64,000 nucleotides of DNA from an uncultured Pseudomonadota bacterium (GTDB lineage Bacteria > Bdellovibrionota_B > Oligoflexia > Oligoflexales > CAIYRB01). A program made the position numbers and the translations under genes. The stretch's first letter is position 1, and each line of letters begins with the position of its first letter. Positions 60,726-64,000 of this stretch are shown here, one piece after another. The notes beneath the pieces are model-generated. The model was given only the letters and a program-made list of their open reading frames with translations. It was not told the origin of the DNA and made no database searches. The DNA lies in NCBI GenBank assembly GCA_903928445.1, contig CAIYRB010000076.1, positions 3,893-67,892 of the forward strand, in the 5' to 3' direction.

Positions 60726-60843
60726 AGCGGTATGTGGAAATGGACCAAATTTGCTGCCGTGTTCTAGACAGCTTTATTATAAGCTGCGTCAACGGCAGGA
60801 TATCGATGAATGGTTGCCGGTCAACATTTCTGAGGATTTTGAC

Positions 60844-61179
60844 ATGCGAAATATACTTTCCGAGGCTAAAGTCAGTCCAGAGGCTCTCGTGGCGAGGAAT
60901 TCGTTTCATGCGGACGTGGTGCGAGACGTTGCCGCAGCGGTCGCAGCCAATGAATGGACCGTCGTAGGTATGGCGGGCAACCCATTCGTTGCAAAAGCAC
61001 GTCGCCATCTCGAAAGCAAAGGCACAGGCTTCAAGTACCTTGAGTATGGTAGCTACCTAAGTGCGTGGAAGCCTCGCTTGGCTATTAAACTATGGAGTGG
61101 TTGGCCGACTTTTCCACAGGTTTTTCACAACGGCGTATTGATCGGTGGATTTACGGATCTGAAGCGGTATTTGCCCTAA
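60844..61179 (+). CDS. glutaredoxin-like protein lacking cysteine
   Basis: GAGGA RBS before ATG 60844; WSGWPTFPQVF..G.LIGG Grx signature; NPFV in place of CxxC. Confidence 0.8.
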   Translation: MRNILSEAKVSPEALVARNSFHADVVRDVAAAVAANEWTVVGMAGNPFVAKARRHLESKGTGFKYLEYGSYLSAWKPRLAIKLWSGWPTFPQVFHNGVLIGGFTDLKRYLP

Positions 61180-61297
61180 AAGGTGGCAACGAGTCGAGGT
61201 GGCGTTCATTCGAAAGTACGGATCGCGACGGAGCGCATGCCGCACAAGTCTGCAGCTGTAGCATTCCAAGCCCGGGTGCGGCATAAACAAGATCAGT

Positions 61298-62836
61298 CTA
61301 CCAGGTATTGATCACCGGTCGAGGCCGCTTGGCGTCCCACACGATCTCGCCAGCGGCACCCTCTTTGACCTGGGAGGCATCGTCCCAATCCTCTTGGTTT
61401 TCCGGCATCAGCCGCAGCTTGTAGGCGTAGCGGCCAATCGGGAGGCGCAGTGTTTTGGCCCGAGCGTTGGGGATGATGAATTCCGTTTCGCTGGTAATGC
61501 TTTCAGCGAAATATCGATCGGGTGAGAAGCTGAGGTTGGGCACCATGTCGGACTCTTCGCAGGCGACCTTCGGGGCTTCCCCGGTTAAGGCGAGCTGGCG
61601 GGCCAGGCGGAGGAGCCCGGTGTCTTCCGCGAAGACGGGATGCCAGCAGGACCTTGGTGCCTCCACACTGGGTAAGGATGTGCCGTGGCCAGGGTCGCCT
61701 TGCCAGAGGCTGCGAGTTTGCTGTGCGACATTGTCGGCGACGTCGCTGCGGGGAATCAAGGTGACCAAGACGTCGCGTCCGTGCGGCACGGCGTTCGGGA
61801 TACGCAGCGTGAGCAGGCCAAGGCGGCTGGTGCGGTCAAACAATTGTTGCATAAATTCGATCTCGGCCACGGTTTTGGCCAGACCAAAGCGGGCGGCCGT
61901 CAGGCGGTGGCCGAGGTCTTGGCCGCAGACGGCGGCTTGCCAGCGCTTACTGGCAATGGTGGCGGGCAGCTCGATCGGTAGCGATGCCTGAATCACTCGG
62001 CAAAAGGTGTTAAGACGGTGATCGTCTTGATCGGTCGTTTCCAAAGCATTGGCGAGCGAGATGCCAATAGCCAGACGACGCGTCAGGAGATACGGTTGCC
62101 GGCTCCAGCGTTTGATCATGATCGTCTGCATCCGGTTTAGATCGGACCGGGCGGTGACCGGTTCGATCTGCGGCAGCTGGCAGTACCAGCCGCCGGTGGC
62201 GTTGGCACCGGCGCTAGTGCCAAGCTCAAGCTTTTTGACCGGCGTAAGCGATTCGCAGTCGGGCGCGATCTGCGCCAGCCAGCTGCGGGCTTCCTCGAGA
62301 ATTTTAGGCTCGACGGCGAACTCGGGGGAGTTGGTGCGGACGGCGTTGCAGACCTCGCCCGCCAGTTTTGCTTTGACCGCCATGGTGACCGGAAAGCTCA
62401 GGCGAAAGCTCTCGATCTCGGCGCGTACCGTCTCAGCACCCTCATTACCACGCAGAGTCAGGTGGACGGTTTGGCTACCAAAGTCAGATTCGAGCTGGGT
62501 TTTCAAACGAACCTCAGCCTTTTCGACCGGGGAGTTGCAGTCGGATACCGAGACGTTAAAGGCGAGGCCCTTGGAGGTTTCACCGACAGCAGCCATGATG
62601 ACGCTGGTCAATTGCCCGGTGTGTGTCAGTTCCGCCGGAGCCAACGGTGGTCGAACCGACAACGGCGGCGCTTCGGTGGTGACGCTGTGCGGCGGCTCCT
62701 GGTCTGGCTTGCGACTCAGCTGACAGCTAGCCACCGAGATGATCGTGGTCAGCGTGCAGATAAATGGCAAATCGTGACGCAGAAAACGCGGATCAATAGA
62801 CGGCGATCTCTTGAACCGCCATGTCGATTTTTTCAT
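61298..62836 (-). CDS. hypothetical lipoprotein
   Basis: 512-aa ORF, lipobox VASC, eight further Cys. Confidence 0.7.
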   Translation of the reverse strand: MKKSTWRFKRSPSIDPRFLRHDLPFICTLTTIISVASCQLSRKPDQEPPHSVTTEAPPLSVRPPLAPAELTHTGQLTSVIMAAVGETSKGLAFNVSVSDCNSPVEKAEVRLKTQLESDFGSQTVHLTLRGNEGAETVRAEIESFRLSFPVTMAVKAKLAGEVCNAVRTNSPEFAVEPKILEEARSWLAQIAPDCESLTPVKKLELGTSAGANATGGWYCQLPQIEPVTARSDLNRMQTIMIKRWSRQPYLLTRRLAIGISLANALETTDQDDHRLNTFCRVIQASLPIELPATIASKRWQAAVCGQDLGHRLTAARFGLAKTVAEIEFMQQLFDRTSRLGLLTLRIPNAVPHGRDVLVTLIPRSDVADNVAQQTRSLWQGDPGHGTSLPSVEAPRSCWHPVFAEDTGLLRLARQLALTGEAPKVACEESDMVPNLSFSPDRYFAESITSETEFIIPNARAKTLRLPIGRYAYKLRLMPENQEDWDDASQVKEGAAGEIVWDAKRPRPVINTW

Positions 62837-63275
62837 GGAATCCGCCTAGTGCCGGGTTTGCCGCCTCTACCGTCCAAGACAGGGGCTGACACATGCGCAA
62901 AACATACCGCGACACCTCTGAGCCGTCGCGATTCTCGACGATGACCTGGACGTTCTTGAGGTCGGCGCGGCCATGCATTTCGTTTTTGGCCCACAGGTAG
63001 AGCGACGGATCAGTGACGAAGTCGCGGCGAAAAGAGACCTTGCGCACCAGACTGCCGCTGCGGTTAGCGGCCGTTGGGGTGAGGCCTTCAATCTTGTCAA
63101 AGGTTCCGTAGTTGACGCCGTCGATCTCGATATGGGTGTGGAGATCCTGGGCCGAGAAGCCAGCGGTCGACATCTTGGCAACGATCACCGCGCCAAGGAC
63201 GGCAGTGCCCAGCAGCGCCCGTGTGAGCCAAGATTTAGGTTTTAGAGCTGTAGCTTTCAACGTTTGCACCAGCAA
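62793..63275 (-). CDS. phage tail tube (T4 gp19/Afp1-like) homologue with N-terminal signal/TM segment
   Basis: IEIDGVNYGTFDKIEGL, VSFRRDFVTDPSLYLW, KNVQVIVENRDGSEVSRYVL...P.SW, EKIDMAVQEI match the remembered gp19/Afp1 pattern. Confidence 0.7.
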   Translation of the reverse strand: MLVQTLKATALKPKSWLTRALLGTAVLGAVIVAKMSTAGFSAQDLHTHIEIDGVNYGTFDKIEGLTPTAANRSGSLVRKVSFRRDFVTDPSLYLWAKNEMHGRADLKNVQVIVENRDGSEVSRYVLRMCQPLSWTVEAANPALGGFHEKIDMAVQEIAVY

Positions 63276-63391
63276 AAAGAGGAACTAGGCGGCTGATTGT
63301 GTTTATAGATTATATGTTAGCACAGATGAGTTTACCGATCCACTGCCATTGCCGTTTTTTCTCTTGACTCAACCCATCCTTCGGCTGTCGG

Positions 63392-63778
63392 CTAGGGAAC
63401 TTGAGCCACGCACTCGATTTCGACGGCTACATCCTTGGGAAGTCTGGCGACTTCCACCGTCGCGCGGGCCGGATAGGGCGGTTTGAAGTAGCTGCCGTAG
63501 ATCTCGTTGACGACCTGAAATTGCTGCATGTCTTTGAGAAAAATCGTTGTTTTTACAACGTCGCCGAGGCTGGCCTTGGCCGCCGTCAGAATGGCCGTCA
63601 AATTTTTTAACACCTGATGCGTTTGTGCTTCGATCCCACCGGTCACGACTTGTCCGCTGCTGGGGTCCAGCGGGATTTGCCCTGACACAAAGAGCAAGGA
63701 GCCAGTCCGAACCGCTTGCGAATAGGGGCCAATAGCGGCAGGAGCCGCCGCCGTTTGAATTACCGACTTGGTCATCAA
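63392..63778 (-). CDS. ridA: RidA (YjgF/YER057c/UK114) imine deaminase
   Basis: APAAIGPYSQA, SGQIPLDP, VVKTTIFL, PARATVEVARLP, VEIE. Confidence 0.93.
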   Translation of the reverse strand: MMTKSVIQTAAAPAAIGPYSQAVRTGSLLFVSGQIPLDPSSGQVVTGGIEAQTHQVLKNLTAILTAAKASLGDVVKTTIFLKDMQQFQVVNEIYGSYFKPPYPARATVEVARLPKDVAVEIECVAQVP

Positions 63779-63823
63779 TCAAACTCCTTTTGGTACGGGT
63801 GAAATACTTGCAAAAAAGCCAGG

Positions 63824-64000
63824 TCAATGCAAGGTGGCCGGTGTTTTTTCCTGGGCCAAGGTGGTTGCCTCTTCTCTGAGGTCGGCCAGCGCCAGGCGGG
63901 CTTCTTCAGGGAGCAGTGGGTCAGCTTCGGCTTTTGTCAGCTGGTCGAGCGCAGGCGCACCTTGACCGAGGCTGATCTGAGCCTGGGCGCAGTGGACATG
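63824..64000 (-). CDS. 3' end of a hypothetical, TPR-like protein (partial)
   Basis: Open frame from the window edge, HVHCAQAQISLGQGAPALDQLTKAE..., to TGA at 63824. Confidence 0.5.
   Translation of the reverse strand, partial: HVHCAQAQISLGQGAPALDQLTKAEADPLLPEEARLALADLREEATTLAQEKTPATLH

Noticed and set aside
61298-64000. Prophage or complete eCIS/T6SS locus
   Set aside because: Only a tube-like gene; no sheath, baseplate, capsid or integrase in the window, and flanks are housekeeping-like

Overview
GC-rich bacterial chromosomal window. Gene content (sigma54 regulators, TMTC-like GT-C/TPR proteins, Cys-rich minor pilins, many orphan lipoproteins, sigma28-type promoters) suggests a Bdellovibrionota/Oligoflexia-like or other deltaproteobacteria-like organism; this is inference only. 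The first ~31.5 kb is mostly housekeeping: partial Omp85/POTRA gene, thrA-thrB-thrC, lepA, uvrA paralogue-panB-dnaJ, lolC/E-like permease, hemB, ruvC, NtrC-type regulator, PAS histidine kinase, miaB, ffh. Two long foldback MITE-like elements lie between genes, one with IS903-like ends. The remainder is an accessory cell-surface/secreted-protein region. It holds three TMTC-like glycosyltransferases, a divergent minor-pilin trio and several orphan lipoproteins behind sigma28-like promoters (one ADP-ribosyltransferase-like, one pore-former-like). It also holds a GT2-FNR-B12 radical SAM operon and a six-gene sugar-activation/transfer operon whose membrane glycosyltransferase is fused to a phosphoribulokinase-like domain. 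Near the right end are a cysteine-free glutaredoxin and a solitary phage/eCIS tail-tube homologue with a signal peptide, coupled to a lipoprotein gene. No tRNA, rRNA, CRISPR array or prophage was recognised. All family calls come from motif recognition by eye; no database search was run.
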